Source of the DNA: Myxococcota bacterium
GTDB taxonomy: Bacteria > Myxococcota_A > Polyangia > Polyangiales > Sandaracinaceae
Assembly (NCBI GenBank): GCA_036149055.1
Contig: JAYZQJ010000031.1
Location: forward strand, 1 to 64,000
Length of the DNA stretch: 64,000 bases
Direction of reading: 5' to 3'
A model generated the notes under the pieces. The model did no database searches and had not been told where the DNA came from. It saw nothing but the letters and a program-made list of their open reading frames with translations. How positions within the stretch are numbered: position 1 is the stretch's first letter; every line of letters starts with the position of its first letter. Of the stretch, positions 27,080 through 36,691 are shown piece by piece. The translations under genes and the position numbers were made by a program.

Positions 27080-30000
27080 TCACTGCCCCCGGCAGGTGGT
27101 GCGGCCGCTGACGATCTCGCGGGGCGGGTCGACCTGCGAGGCGCGGAGCGGCTGGAGGAAGACCGGGTTCCGCTCGCGGCCGGAGATGCCGAAGAACGGG
27201 GCGTCGCCGCGGACCGGGCGGATCTCGACGTGCACGTCGACCTGGTGATCGCGGAGGCGCCACGTCTGGGTGAAGACCCGGTTGCCGCGCGACTGCGAGG
27301 TGACCGTGCCCTGCTCGAGGAGGCGGTAGAGGCCCCACTCGCCCGTCTGCTCGAGGCGCTCGTGGATGCCGTCGGCGCCGCGGATCTCGAGCGTCGCGCC
27401 CGCCTCGGGGCTCTCGCCCGGCCAGGTGAAGCGGTGCCAGCGCTCGGGCCCGTTGTGGTACTCGACGCACTCGCCGCCCACGCAGAGCTCCTGGGTCGCG
27501 ACCCGCGGCGACGGCAGGATGCGCGCGTCGAACTGCACCTGCGGCTCCTCCGCGCCCGGCGGGAAGAAGACGTTCGAGATGTCGTTGGCCCGCTCGAGGT
27601 ACTGCAGGAGCTGCCGACGGTAGGCGCGGCTCGAGTCCTGGCCGAGCGCGGTCGCGAAGACGAAGTTGTCGCCCTCCTTCGGGATGCGCCGGTCGAGGAC
27701 CTCGTCGTAGAAGGCCCAGAGCGTGCCGCCCTCGCGGTTGTAGAACGCCGCGAAGTCGGCGAGGGGGACGTCGTGACCGCTGGGGTTCAGGGGGTAGCCG
27801 CCCTCGATGTTCCGGTGGTACGGCATGAACACCTCGGTGCACCACGAGCGGCCCGCGCCCGACGCCTGGCTCATCGCCACGCTGTTCGCGGAGCCCTCGA
27901 TCGGCGGCCAGAGCAGCGCCTCGAGGCGAGGCCGCCAGCCGATCTCCTGGCTCTCGATCAGCGAGCGCGTGCTGGTGCGCGCCGTCTGGAGCGCGGTCGT
28001 CAGCGCCTCCTCGGTGCCGTCCGGCGTGTCGAGGTGGGCCTGGAGCGCGTCGCGCACCGTGTCGAGCTGCTCCTCGTAGGTGCCGATCGGCAGCTCCGGC
28101 GGCGGCGGGGGCTCCTGGCCCTCGGCCGGCGGCTCGGGGGGCGGCACCGCGCCGAAGCGCGTGAAGCCCTCGAACGCGAGGTAGACGTGCTCGGGCGTGA
28201 GGTCGTCGTCGTCCTCGTTCTCCGCGCCGGGCCCGGTCTGGCCCTGGAGGATGCGCGCGATCGTCTGACCACCGCGGACGCGGCGGACCCGACGCCAGAA
28301 CGCGCTCCACGCCGTCTCCTCGACCACGTTGGAGTCGTCGTCGCCCTCGTCCTCCTGGCCCGGCACCGGCAGCGTCGTGTTGTAGAGCGTCTGCTGGAAC
28401 AGGCGGCGGTAGGGCTCGGGGTCGCCGCGGGTGAGGTCGCGCAGCGACGCGAGCGTCTGCACGTTGCCCTGCGGCGGCACGACGCGCACCGAGCGGAGGA
28501 AGTTCTGCCACTCCTCGATGTACGCCCGGAAGTACTGGTTGCGGAGCTGGCGGAGGTCCTCCTCGCGCTGCTCCACGTCCTCGGCCGCGCGCATGCCCTC
28601 CTGCCCGAGCACCCACGGCTCGCCGAAGACGTTGCCGTCCTCGCCGTCGAGCATCTCGCGCACCCGGGTGTCCCAGGCGCGGCGGGTGAAGGCGCCGCGC
28701 ACCAGCCCGTCCGACTGCATCGGCCGGACCGTGTTCCCGACGAGCGCGTCGAGGTTCAGGTCGTAGCCCATCGGCTCGATCTGCTGGATGATCCGCTCGA
28801 GGGCCATGTCGGTCATCGACACCCGGGTGAGCGCCCGGCGCGTGCGGGTGACCGCGTCGTCGTCGCGCGGGAAGCGCAGCGACTCGTCCGGCTGCACCGA
28901 GGTCGGATCGTCGGCGATCCGCTCGTCCTCGTCGGCGAGCAGGCTCGTGAAGAGCTCGGCCTGGCGGCGCATCTCCGCCTCCTCGCCCTCGTCGACCTCC
29001 TCCTCGCCGCCCGCGGCCTCGAACCACTCGCGCGCGATGCGGTTCGTGAGCCACTCCGCCGCGTCGTCGTCCTCGTCGAGGCTGGGCTCGCCCTCGATCG
29101 TCGGGCGCGACACCAGCAGGTGCATCTTCAGACGGTCGTACATGTCCGAGTGCTCGGCGCCGGTCGGCATCGCCTCGCGCAGCACCTCGTAGCGACGGCC
29201 GAAGTCGTCCATCGCCGACTCGTCCGCGGACACGATCGGGCCCACCACCTCGCTGCGGAGCAGGTGCGTGTAGTAGTCGCCGAGCGGGTCGAGCACGTCG
29301 TCCTGGTACATGCCCATCCGCATCAGGATCGGCGCGCCGTTCGAGTCGTACTCGCGGAGCTGCTCGATGCGCTCGCGCAGCGGCTGGAGCTCGCCCGGCT
29401 CGAGCGGCCCGCGCTCCTCTGCCGCCTCCGCCGTGCGATCGACGTCGTCGCGGATGTCGTTCAAGAACCCGCGGCTGTTGGCCCACGCGATGGCCGGGAA
29501 GATCGTCAGCAGCAGCGCGGTGGCGAAGATCACGCCCGCCGCGATGAACTGGTTGCGCTTCTCCCGCGCGATCGCGGCGTCGCTCCGGGACGCGACGTCG
29601 GCGTCCGGGAAGACGACGTTCAGGAACACGTCGCGGAGGAAGTAGCTCTTCGACTCCTTGACCGGCTCGCCGAGGTTGACCTCGCTGCGGATGCCGAAGG
29701 CCTCGGCCATCTTGTGCATCACGCGGTCGATCGGCCGCCCCTCCTGGGTGCCGCTCGAGAAGTAGGCGCCGCGAAACGCGGGGGTCTCGCCGTAGACGCT
29801 CGACTCGAAGAGCTGCGAGACCAGGGACGTGCAGTTGCGGCGGAGGGAGGCGAGCTGCTGCGGGAAGGAGTGGATCAGCTCCCGCGTCTCGATCTTCCGC
29901 TCCTCGCTCATGCGCTTCATCGCGCGCTTCTCGACGATGGTCGACAGCTCGTCGAAGCGCTCCTGGAAGTGCAGCCCCGGATCGGGCGGCGCGTCGGCGA

Positions 30001-30832
30001 GGGGCACGGTGAAGCCCCAGACCTGGCCGCGCTCCTGCTTCGACAGATCCCCGAAGGTCTCGACGAAGCCGGGCACGAGGTCCGACTTGGTGAAGAGCAC
30101 GTAGACCGGCAGCGACATCTGGAGGCGGCTCTGCACCTCGTCGATCCGCTCGCGCATGCGGCGCGCGAGGGCCGAGACCTCCTCGTCGTGCGCGCCGCCG
30201 AGCTGGTCGAGCGGCACCGCGGCGATGATCCCGTTGAGGGGCTTCTTCGGCCGGAACTTCTTGATGAGGTCGAGGAAGCCGAGCCACTCGTCGCGGTCCT
30301 CTTCTTCCGTCGTCCAGCGGCCCGCCGTGTCGAGCAGCACCGCCTCGTTGGTCAGCCACCAGTCGCAGTTGCGGGTGCCGCCGACGCCGCGCACGCCCCC
30401 GCCCGAGGTGGACATGTAGGGGAACTGCAGGCCGGAGTTGCGGAGCGCGGTCGTCTTGCCGGCGCCGGGCGGGCCGACGATGAGCTGCCAGGGCAGCGCG
30501 TACAGCGCGTTCTCACCGCCGCGCGCGAGCTTGCTGCTCTTGAGCGCGCCGATGGCCTTCTGGAACTCCTGCTGCATCTGCAGGATCTCGGCCTGCATGT
30601 CGGGCCGAGCGCTCCGGGCCTGCTCGGCTGCCTGAGCGGCGAGCGCCTTCTCGAGCTCTCGCGCGGCGCGACGCGCCCGGATCTTCCGGGCGATCACGAT
30701 CGCGACGAGCACGGCGACGGCGAGCACGGTGACGCCGAGCGGGACCCACCAGAACGGCTCCATCCCGGGGATGAAGAGCCAGGCGGCCCACGCCAGGACG
30801 ACGACGATGGCGGCTACGATGTACTTGAGCAT
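27080..30832 (-). CDS. tssM: T6SS membrane complex subunit TssM (IcmF)
   Basis: Two N-terminal TMs; LPWQLIVGPPGAGKTT Walker A; GTRNCDWW, LLDTAGR, PVYVLFTKSDL and RGAYFSSGTQEG; TTG start. Confidence 0.95.
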   Translation of the reverse strand: MLKYIVAAIVVVLAWAAWLFIPGMEPFWWVPLGVTVLAVAVLVAIVIARKIRARRAARELEKALAAQAAEQARSARPDMQAEILQMQQEFQKAIGALKSSKLARGGENALYALPWQLIVGPPGAGKTTALRNSGLQFPYMSTSGGGVRGVGGTRNCDWWLTNEAVLLDTAGRWTTEEEDRDEWLGFLDLIKKFRPKKPLNGIIAAVPLDQLGGAHDEEVSALARRMRERIDEVQSRLQMSLPVYVLFTKSDLVPGFVETFGDLSKQERGQVWGFTVPLADAPPDPGLHFQERFDELSTIVEKRAMKRMSEERKIETRELIHSFPQQLASLRRNCTSLVSQLFESSVYGETPAFRGAYFSSGTQEGRPIDRVMHKMAEAFGIRSEVNLGEPVKESKSYFLRDVFLNVVFPDADVASRSDAAIAREKRNQFIAAGVIFATALLLTIFPAIAWANSRGFLNDIRDDVDRTAEAAEERGPLEPGELQPLRERIEQLREYDSNGAPILMRMGMYQDDVLDPLGDYYTHLLRSEVVGPIVSADESAMDDFGRRYEVLREAMPTGAEHSDMYDRLKMHLLVSRPTIEGEPSLDEDDDAAEWLTNRIAREWFEAAGGEEEVDEGEEAEMRRQAELFTSLLADEDERIADDPTSVQPDESLRFPRDDDAVTRTRRALTRVSMTDMALERIIQQIEPMGYDLNLDALVGNTVRPMQSDGLVRGAFTRRAWDTRVREMLDGEDGNVFGEPWVLGQEGMRAAEDVEQREEDLRQLRNQYFRAYIEEWQNFLRSVRVVPPQGNVQTLASLRDLTRGDPEPYRRLFQQTLYNTTLPVPGQEDEGDDDSNVVEETAWSAFWRRVRRVRGGQTIARILQGQTGPGAENEDDDDLTPEHVYLAFEGFTRFGAVPPPEPPAEGQEPPPPPELPIGTYEEQLDTVRDALQAHLDTPDGTEEALTTALQTARTSTRSLIESQEIGWRPRLEALLWPPIEGSANSVAMSQASGAGRSWCTEVFMPYHRNIEGGYPLNPSGHDVPLADFAAFYNREGGTLWAFYDEVLDRRIPKEGDNFVFATALGQDSSRAYRRQLLQYLERANDISNVFFPPGAEEPQVQFDARILPSPRVATQELCVGGECVEYHNGPERWHRFTWPGESPEAGATLEIRGADGIHERLEQTGEWGLYRLLEQGTVTSQSRGNRVFTQTWRLRDHQVDVHVEIRPVRGDAPFFGISGRERNPVFLQPLRASQVDPPREIVSGRTTCRGQ

Positions 30833-30861
30833 TGGAGTTCAGATCCCCCCGAGCGCACGCC

Positions 30862-31545
30862 TCACGGCTGGCTCGACGCCTGCGTCTGCTGGATGTGCTC
30901 GACGAGATCGTCGGCCTGATTGGAGACGCTCCACTGGAGGCCGAAGTAGATGCCGAGCGACACCACCACCGCCGCGACGCTGATCCAGACCAGCGGCATG
31001 TGGCTGCGGACGCCCCCCAGGCTCTCCTGCGGCCGCGCCGCGTGCGGCGCGAGGTTCGTCTCTCCGATCATTCCGGCGCGCTGCAGGTCCGTCCCGACCG
31101 ACTCCACGATCGAGGCGAGCTCGATCTCGCCGCCCCGGACGCGGTACTGCCCCTGGAATCCGAAGAGGAGACACAGGTAGTAGACCTTGAGCACTTCCAT
31201 GCGCGAACGATCTTGCCTGAGGGTCTGCAGTTTCTGAAAGAAACCTTCACCCGCGACGTTCGTGTTGAACAGTTGCAGCTGGAGCGAGCGCGGCAGCCAG
31301 TAGTCGCGCAGCTCCCCGCCCTTGCTCATGACGAGCTCGTCGGTGAGCGCGACCAGGGCGTAGCCGATGTCCTGGACGTCCTGCTGCGCGAAGCCCAGCT
31401 CGCTCGCGCGACGCATCGCGCGATCCACGAAGGATCGCATGCGCTGATAGAGCATCTCCGGCATCGGCTGCGAGCGCTCGTCGGCGCGGCGGATCTGCGC
31501 GAGCGCGTTGAAGACTTCCTTCGTGACCTCGTTGACGCGGTCCAT
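30862..31545 (-). CDS. tssL: T6SS TssL (DotU), without an OmpA domain
   Basis: YALVALTDE, LQLQLFNTNVAGEGFF and YYLCLLFGFQGQY motifs; C-terminal TM. Confidence 0.95.
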   Translation of the reverse strand: MDRVNEVTKEVFNALAQIRRADERSQPMPEMLYQRMRSFVDRAMRRASELGFAQQDVQDIGYALVALTDELVMSKGGELRDYWLPRSLQLQLFNTNVAGEGFFQKLQTLRQDRSRMEVLKVYYLCLLFGFQGQYRVRGGEIELASIVESVGTDLQRAGMIGETNLAPHAARPQESLGGVRSHMPLVWISVAAVVVSLGIYFGLQWSVSNQADDLVEHIQQTQASSQP

Positions 31546-31559
31546 GGCTCAGCCCCTCC

Positions 31560-32924
31560 TCAGCCCTTCCGGGGGATCCCCAGGAGCTCGACCTTGGTCT
31601 GCTGCGGGTCGAACGGTCTGGGTAGATAAACGGCGATCTGTCGATCGGTGACGACGTTGCGCCAGTAGTTGTTCTCCGTCGAGACGACGAAGTAGACGAC
31701 CCCGGCCTTGACCGGGATCTCCGGCGGCGGGCGGTAGGTGACCTCGACCGCGGCGCCCGGCGTGGCGGCGCTCAGGATCGAGTTGATGTCGCCCCACGAC
31801 GCCATCTTGCAGAGCATCGGGAGCTTCTGCGCGATCTCCTGCTCGCCGATCGGCGCGCGCACCCCGACGAGGTACTTCGCGCAGCCGATGATGCGGTCGT
31901 CGGTCATCTGGCCGAGGTACATCCCGTCCTCGCGGCCATCGAGCATCATGGAGACGTAGTGCTCCTTGACGGTGGCCTGGAGCAGCTCGGTGATGCGCGC
32001 GAAGAGCGGCTCGAAGGTGCTCCGGAGGTCGTTGTAGTTGAACTTGGGCAGCGCGGCGGGGTCGAAGTCCGCGCTGAACGTCGCGAGCTGACCCGCGAGC
32101 GAGAGCATCCACATGTAGGCCGTACGCGGCGGGACCTCGGGCATGTCCACGAGGTGGTTGAGCACCGGCATGAACGTGTTGATGGCGTTCAGCAGGAGGA
32201 ACCGCGTGACGTCGCCGGCGTTGTACTCGACCGTCGCGTCGCCGCGCTCGCGCGCCGCCTCGGCGAGGGACCGGCGCCGGGTGCTCATCAGCCGCAGGAG
32301 CCGCCGCATCCCCGCGAGCACGAACGGCGACGCCTCGATGCGCAGGCACGGCGGGATGTACGGCTCGTTGACGGTGAGGTTCCCGGACGCGTCGCGGGTG
32401 ACCTCGGCGATCTTGAGCGCCTCGAAGTCGTCCTTGGGCTCGCTCCCGAAGAGGATCTGCAGGTTGCGCTGCGCGAAGCCGACCTCGAGGCTCTGCCCCT
32501 CGCCCGTCAGGTCGGGCACGGACTTGTTCGCGATGCGGAAGCGCGAGCGGCCGGCTCCGTTCTGCGCGTAGTTCGCGACGCCGTCCCGCTCGCGGGGCAC
32601 CGCGGCGTAGATCTCGAGCACGTTCTGCGTGTGCGGGAAGTGCCCCTCGACCGGGCGCGAGGCGGGCAGCTCCGGGTCGCCGGAGTCGCAGTCGATCACC
32701 AGCCCGTCCGGCAGCACGCAGGTCAGCGCCTCGATGCGCACCTGACCGCTCTCGAGGGCCCGGCGATCCACCTCCACGCGGACCACGCCCCAGTTGAGCG
32801 GCTCGAGCGCGTCGAGTCGGGAGCTCGTGAAGACCTCGTGATAGAGGTCCTGCTGCTGCATGTGCTGGGGGCTCATCAGGAGCCCCTCGGACCACACTAC
32901 TCTCAGCGGCGTCTTCATCGTCAA
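31560..32924 (-). CDS. tssK: T6SS baseplate subunit TssK
   Basis: VVWSEGLLMSPQHMQQQD, LPDG and YIPPCL motifs. Confidence 0.95.
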   Translation of the reverse strand: MTMKTPLRVVWSEGLLMSPQHMQQQDLYHEVFTSSRLDALEPLNWGVVRVEVDRRALESGQVRIEALTCVLPDGLVIDCDSGDPELPASRPVEGHFPHTQNVLEIYAAVPRERDGVANYAQNGAGRSRFRIANKSVPDLTGEGQSLEVGFAQRNLQILFGSEPKDDFEALKIAEVTRDASGNLTVNEPYIPPCLRIEASPFVLAGMRRLLRLMSTRRRSLAEAARERGDATVEYNAGDVTRFLLLNAINTFMPVLNHLVDMPEVPPRTAYMWMLSLAGQLATFSADFDPAALPKFNYNDLRSTFEPLFARITELLQATVKEHYVSMMLDGREDGMYLGQMTDDRIIGCAKYLVGVRAPIGEQEIAQKLPMLCKMASWGDINSILSAATPGAAVEVTYRPPPEIPVKAGVVYFVVSTENNYWRNVVTDRQIAVYLPRPFDPQQTKVELLGIPRKG

Positions 32925-32964
32925 TGCCTCGATCGGGTTCGTCGTTCGGGGGGACGGTACGCGA

Positions 32965-33666
32965 TCAGGGCGCCGGAGCCGAGGGCGTTTCCGCGCTCGG
33001 GACGTCCGGCTGCGGAGCCTCGGGGGTTTCGGGGGTCTCGGGCGCCTCGACGCCGGACGCCTGCTCCTCGGCGGCGCGCTCGGCCGCGCAGATCGGGTCG
33101 TTCGGGTCGCACGGGGGCGGCGGGTACTCGAGCCGGACCGCGCCCTCGATCTGGTAGTCGTCCAGCTCGAACGCGAGATACACGTTCGGCGGCTCCGGCG
33201 GCGCCTCCTCCGGGTTCTCCTGCAGCGCGGCGCACTGCGCCTCCTGCTGCGGCGGCGGCAGCTCGAGGATGGTGCGCCACGAGACGCCCGTCGGGCGGCG
33301 GACCACGGCCATGCCGACGATGTAGTTGGCCTCGGGGTTCCGCTCGAACTGCCGGTTCAGGGTGGTGTCCGGGTAGACGGTCAGCTCGTCCTTGCCGAGC
33401 AGGGCGTCACCGAGGATGTCCTCGTCGGTGTTCCAGATCTCCTCGAAGGTCGCGGTCTCCATCGCTCCGATGTTCGCGAGCTGGTAGATGCGCACGATCG
33501 TGGGCAGCGGCCTGCCGTCGGTGTCCGGGTTGGCCCGGTCGGTGGCCACGATGCGCAGGTTCGCGTTCTCCTGTGCATCACAGGCCGGCCGCGCCTGGTT
33601 GCCGTTGCAGCCGAGGAGGAGGGCCATCCCCAGCAGGGCGGCTCGCGTCGTAGTGGGCTTGATCAT
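32965..33666 (-). CDS. tssJ: T6SS lipoprotein TssJ with an acidic Pro-rich tail
   Basis: Lipobox LLG-C; ANPDTDGRPLPTIVRIYQL motif; position upstream of tssK. Confidence 0.9.
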   Translation of the reverse strand: MIKPTTTRAALLGMALLLGCNGNQARPACDAQENANLRIVATDRANPDTDGRPLPTIVRIYQLANIGAMETATFEEIWNTDEDILGDALLGKDELTVYPDTTLNRQFERNPEANYIVGMAVVRRPTGVSWRTILELPPPQQEAQCAALQENPEEAPPEPPNVYLAFELDDYQIEGAVRLEYPPPPCDPNDPICAAERAAEEQASGVEAPETPETPEAPQPDVPSAETPSAPAP

Positions 33667-33816
33667 GTCGGCGTCGCCTCGCGCGGAGGTCATCGCCCCC
33701 GCCCAGAAATCGTTTCGCGTCGAAGCGTGCCCGATGCGCCGCCGACTGGGCAACAGAGTGACGAACTCCCGTGACGTCCCCGAACCCGGTCCCCGAAAAA
33801 AAATCGAATCCGGGGT

Positions 33817-33843
33817 TTGACACGACCGAGAAATGGTTATCGT
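33817..33843 (+). promoter_or_regulatory. Possible sigma70-type promoter for hcp in the divergent T6SS control region
   Basis: Perfect TTGACA (33817-33822) and TATCGT (33838-33843), but only 15 nt apart; the region is locally AT-enriched. Confidence 0.35.
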
Positions 33844-33908
33844 CGGTTCTCGGCGGGGGGGACATGGGGTTTCACCCGCTCCGAACAAAGGAAACAGGGA
33901 GAAACATC

Positions 33909-34409
33909 ATGGCCTTCAACGCGTACGGTGAGTTCCAGATCAACGGTGCGGCCCTCGACGGTGATAGTACGATGAACGAGATCGGGGGGGTCGACGTCTC
34001 CTCGAATCATGTCGAGTGCTACCAGGTGAACTGGGGCACGATGATCGGTCACGAGCGGCAGGCTTCGCGGAGCGCGGCGCACCGCACCTGCCTCCCGCTC
34101 GTCTTCGAGCAGCGCCTCGATGCGACGGTCCCGATGTGGCACCAGGCGCTGACCGAGAACCAGACGGTCACGGGCACGCTCCGCATCTTCGACACCAACC
34201 CCGAGGACGGCGCGACCCGCGAGCGCTTCAACATCATCATCGAGGGCGGCCGCGTCATCTCGATCGAGGGTGAGAGCCCCGACGCGTTCGACGCCGACCA
34301 GTCGAACCGTCCGGTGTACGTCCGCGTCAAGCTGACCTACCACACCATCACCTACACCGACCTCATCGACAGCAAGGAGTACCAGGACAACTGGTCCACC
34401 GCGGTCTGA
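33909..34409 (+). CDS. hcp: T6SS tube protein Hcp (TssD), divergent
   Basis: 166 aa; PLVFEQRLDATVP..QALTENQ and VKLTYHTITY..YQDNW follow the Hcp pattern; AGGGAGA RBS; first gene of the baseplate operon. Confidence 0.85.
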   Translation: MAFNAYGEFQINGAALDGDSTMNEIGGVDVSSNHVECYQVNWGTMIGHERQASRSAAHRTCLPLVFEQRLDATVPMWHQALTENQTVTGTLRIFDTNPEDGATRERFNIIIEGGRVISIEGESPDAFDADQSNRPVYVRVKLTYHTITYTDLIDSKEYQDNWSTAV

Positions 34410-34427
34410 GGTCAGCCGAACCATGAG

Positions 34428-34464
34428 AAGCGCCGGGCTCCTTCGAGCCCGGCGCTTTCTTTTT
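34428..34464 (+). terminator. Rho-independent terminator after hcp
   Basis: Perfect 13-bp stem AAGCGCCGGGCTC-CTTC-GAGCCCGGCGCTT followed by a T-run. Confidence 0.9.
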
Positions 34465-34491
34465 GCGCCCCCCCGAAGGTACGCTTCGCTC

Positions 34492-34869
34492 ATGTCCAGC
34501 CGAGGGCTGCTCTCGCGCCTGTCCACCGGTTCGCGCCGGGCCGACGTGGTCTCGTCGGTGGTCGACCACCTGCGCGACATGCTGAACACGCGTCAGGGGG
34601 ACTCCGTCACCGTGCCCGACTACGGGCTCGTCGACTTCTCCGACGTCTGCCACAACATGCCGGAGGCGATCGGCGCCATCCAGCAGTCCATCCGCGCCAC
34701 GATCCTGAAGTACGAGCCGCGGCTCAAGAACGTCAGCGTCCGCTTCGTCCCCGGGGACGATCCGCTGACCGTCCGCTTCGAGGTGGTCGCCCGCCTGGCC
34801 GACGCGCGCCGGAGCGTGGTCCGGCTCCGCACCGCCCTGACGGCCGGCGGTCACATGGACATCGAGTAA
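34492..34869 (+). CDS. tssE: T6SS baseplate subunit TssE (gp25-like)
   Basis: GLLSRL, LNTRQG, PDYGL.D and ILKYEPRL motifs. Confidence 0.93.
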   Translation: MSSRGLLSRLSTGSRRADVVSSVVDHLRDMLNTRQGDSVTVPDYGLVDFSDVCHNMPEAIGAIQQSIRATILKYEPRLKNVSVRFVPGDDPLTVRFEVVARLADARRSVVRLRTALTAGGHMDIE

Positions 34870-34942
34870 CGGCGCTTTCCTCTCGCGGCCGGGCGGTTTA
34901 CTCTCGGCGCTCCGCAGGAGCAGCCAGAGGGAGCGGGGCGGC

Positions 34943-36691
34943 TTGTTCAACAAGTACTACCAGAGTGAGCTGAGCTATCTCCGCGAGCTCGGCCGGGAAT
35001 TCTCCGAAGCGAATCCGTCGCTCGCCGGCCTGTTCGCCGAGCAAGGGGGCGACCCCGACGTCGACCGCCTGCTCGAGGGCTTCGCCTTCCTGACCGCGCG
35101 CATCCGCGAGCGGATGGAGGACGCGGTCCCCGAGGTCGTGGACGCCCTCGCCGAGATGGTCGTGCCGCAGTACACGCGCACGCTCCCGGCCTGCTCGGTC
35201 GTCGAGTTCACCCCGCAGCAGACCGCGCTCCGGGGGCGGCACCGCCTGCCCGCGGGCACGGAGGTCGGGGCGCGCCCGGTCGAGGGCACGACGTGCCTCT
35301 TCCGCACCACCGTCGACCTCGACCTGCTCCCGCTGAGCCTCACCGACTTCGCCTTCGATCACTCGACCGAGGCGCACCCGGAGATCCGGCTCGGGTTCCG
35401 GTGCGCCCAGTCGGCGGAGGCCTTGCTCGGCGAGACCAAGCAGCTGCGGCTCTTCCTGCACGGGCCGCTCGGCCTGACGACCACCGCCTATCTCTGGCTG
35501 CTGCGCCACCTCTCCGACGTCCAGTACAAGGGCTCGGACGGCTACACGCACTCCCTGGGCAGGGACGCCGTCCGCCCGGTGGGCGTGTCCCCCGAGCAGC
35601 CGATGTTGCCCTGGCCGGAGCTGGCGCCGGACGGCCTCCGCGTGATGCAGGAGTACTTCACGCTCACGCAGAAGCTCCTCTTCATCGATGTCCACGGCCT
35701 CGACGAGATCCCCGCGGAGCACGCGACCGATCAGTTCGTGTTGACGTTCCGCTTCGACCGACCGCCGAAGCTGCCCGAGCGCCTCGACAAGGACAACTTC
35801 CGGCTCCACTGCGTCCCGGTCGTCAACCTCTTCGACATCACCGCCGATCCGATCGCGCGGGACCACCGCCACCACGAGTACCTCGTGCGGGCGAGCGGCG
35901 TGAACCCGCTCCACATGGAGGTCTACGACGTCCAGCAGGTGACCGGCCTGCTCGCGAACCGGCGGGGGCGGCGCAACTACACGCCCTTCTACGGCTTCCA
36001 GCACGTCATGAAGAAGAAGGGCGAGCAGGCCTTCTTCCTCACGCGGCGCGCGCGCTCGCCGATCGACGACGGGCTCGACACCTACCTGACGGTGCTGACC
36101 CCGGCCGACGTGGAGCCGGACTTCGAGGAGGAGACGCTCAGCATCGACCTCACCTGCACCAACCGCCTGCTCCCCGCGGAGCTGCGCGCGGGTGACATCT
36201 CGGTGCCGACGCCGCGCTCGCCGACGATCGCGCGCTTCAAGAACATCACCCAGGTGACCCGCCCGGTGCGCCCCCCGATCGGCGGCGAGCTGCACTGGCG
36301 GCTGGTGGCGCACCTCGCGCTCAACGTGCGCACCCTCGCGAACGTCGAGTCGCTCCAGTCGCTGCTCAGCCTCTACAACTTCCACGAGGACGCCGATCAG
36401 CAGCTCGGGCGCCAGAACCGCCTCCGGGTCGAGTCCATCCGCGACGTCGAGGTCCGCGCCGCCCGCCGGCTGATCGATCGGGTGCCGGTCCGGGGCCAGC
36501 ACACCACCATCGAGGTCGATCAGGCCGCGTTCGCGTCGGAGGGCGACGTCTTCGCCTTCGGGAGCGCGCTCGACTGGCTGTTCGCGAGCGAGACCCCGCT
36601 CAACTCGTTCCACCAGCTGTCGGTCCGGCTGCACCCCTCCGGGACGCAGATGGACTGGCGCCCGCGCACGGGCACGCACCCGATCTTCTGA
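34943..36691 (+). CDS. tssF: T6SS baseplate subunit TssF
   Basis: YYQSELSYLRELGREF, DPDVDRLLEGFAFLTAR, QEYF and LHCVPVVNLF motifs. Confidence 0.96.
   Translation: MFNKYYQSELSYLRELGREFSEANPSLAGLFAEQGGDPDVDRLLEGFAFLTARIRERMEDAVPEVVDALAEMVVPQYTRTLPACSVVEFTPQQTALRGRHRLPAGTEVGARPVEGTTCLFRTTVDLDLLPLSLTDFAFDHSTEAHPEIRLGFRCAQSAEALLGETKQLRLFLHGPLGLTTTAYLWLLRHLSDVQYKGSDGYTHSLGRDAVRPVGVSPEQPMLPWPELAPDGLRVMQEYFTLTQKLLFIDVHGLDEIPAEHATDQFVLTFRFDRPPKLPERLDKDNFRLHCVPVVNLFDITADPIARDHRHHEYLVRASGVNPLHMEVYDVQQVTGLLANRRGRRNYTPFYGFQHVMKKKGEQAFFLTRRARSPIDDGLDTYLTVLTPADVEPDFEEETLSIDLTCTNRLLPAELRAGDISVPTPRSPTIARFKNITQVTRPVRPPIGGELHWRLVAHLALNVRTLANVESLQSLLSLYNFHEDADQQLGRQNRLRVESIRDVEVRAARRLIDRVPVRGQHTTIEVDQAAFASEGDVFAFGSALDWLFASETPLNSFHQLSVRLHPSGTQMDWRPRTGTHPIF

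Noticed and set aside
26976..30919. 1127-aa (minus) and 1291-aa (plus) ORFs
   Set aside because: Alternative-frame and antisense shadows of tssM, Arg/Ala/Gly-rich and without motifs.
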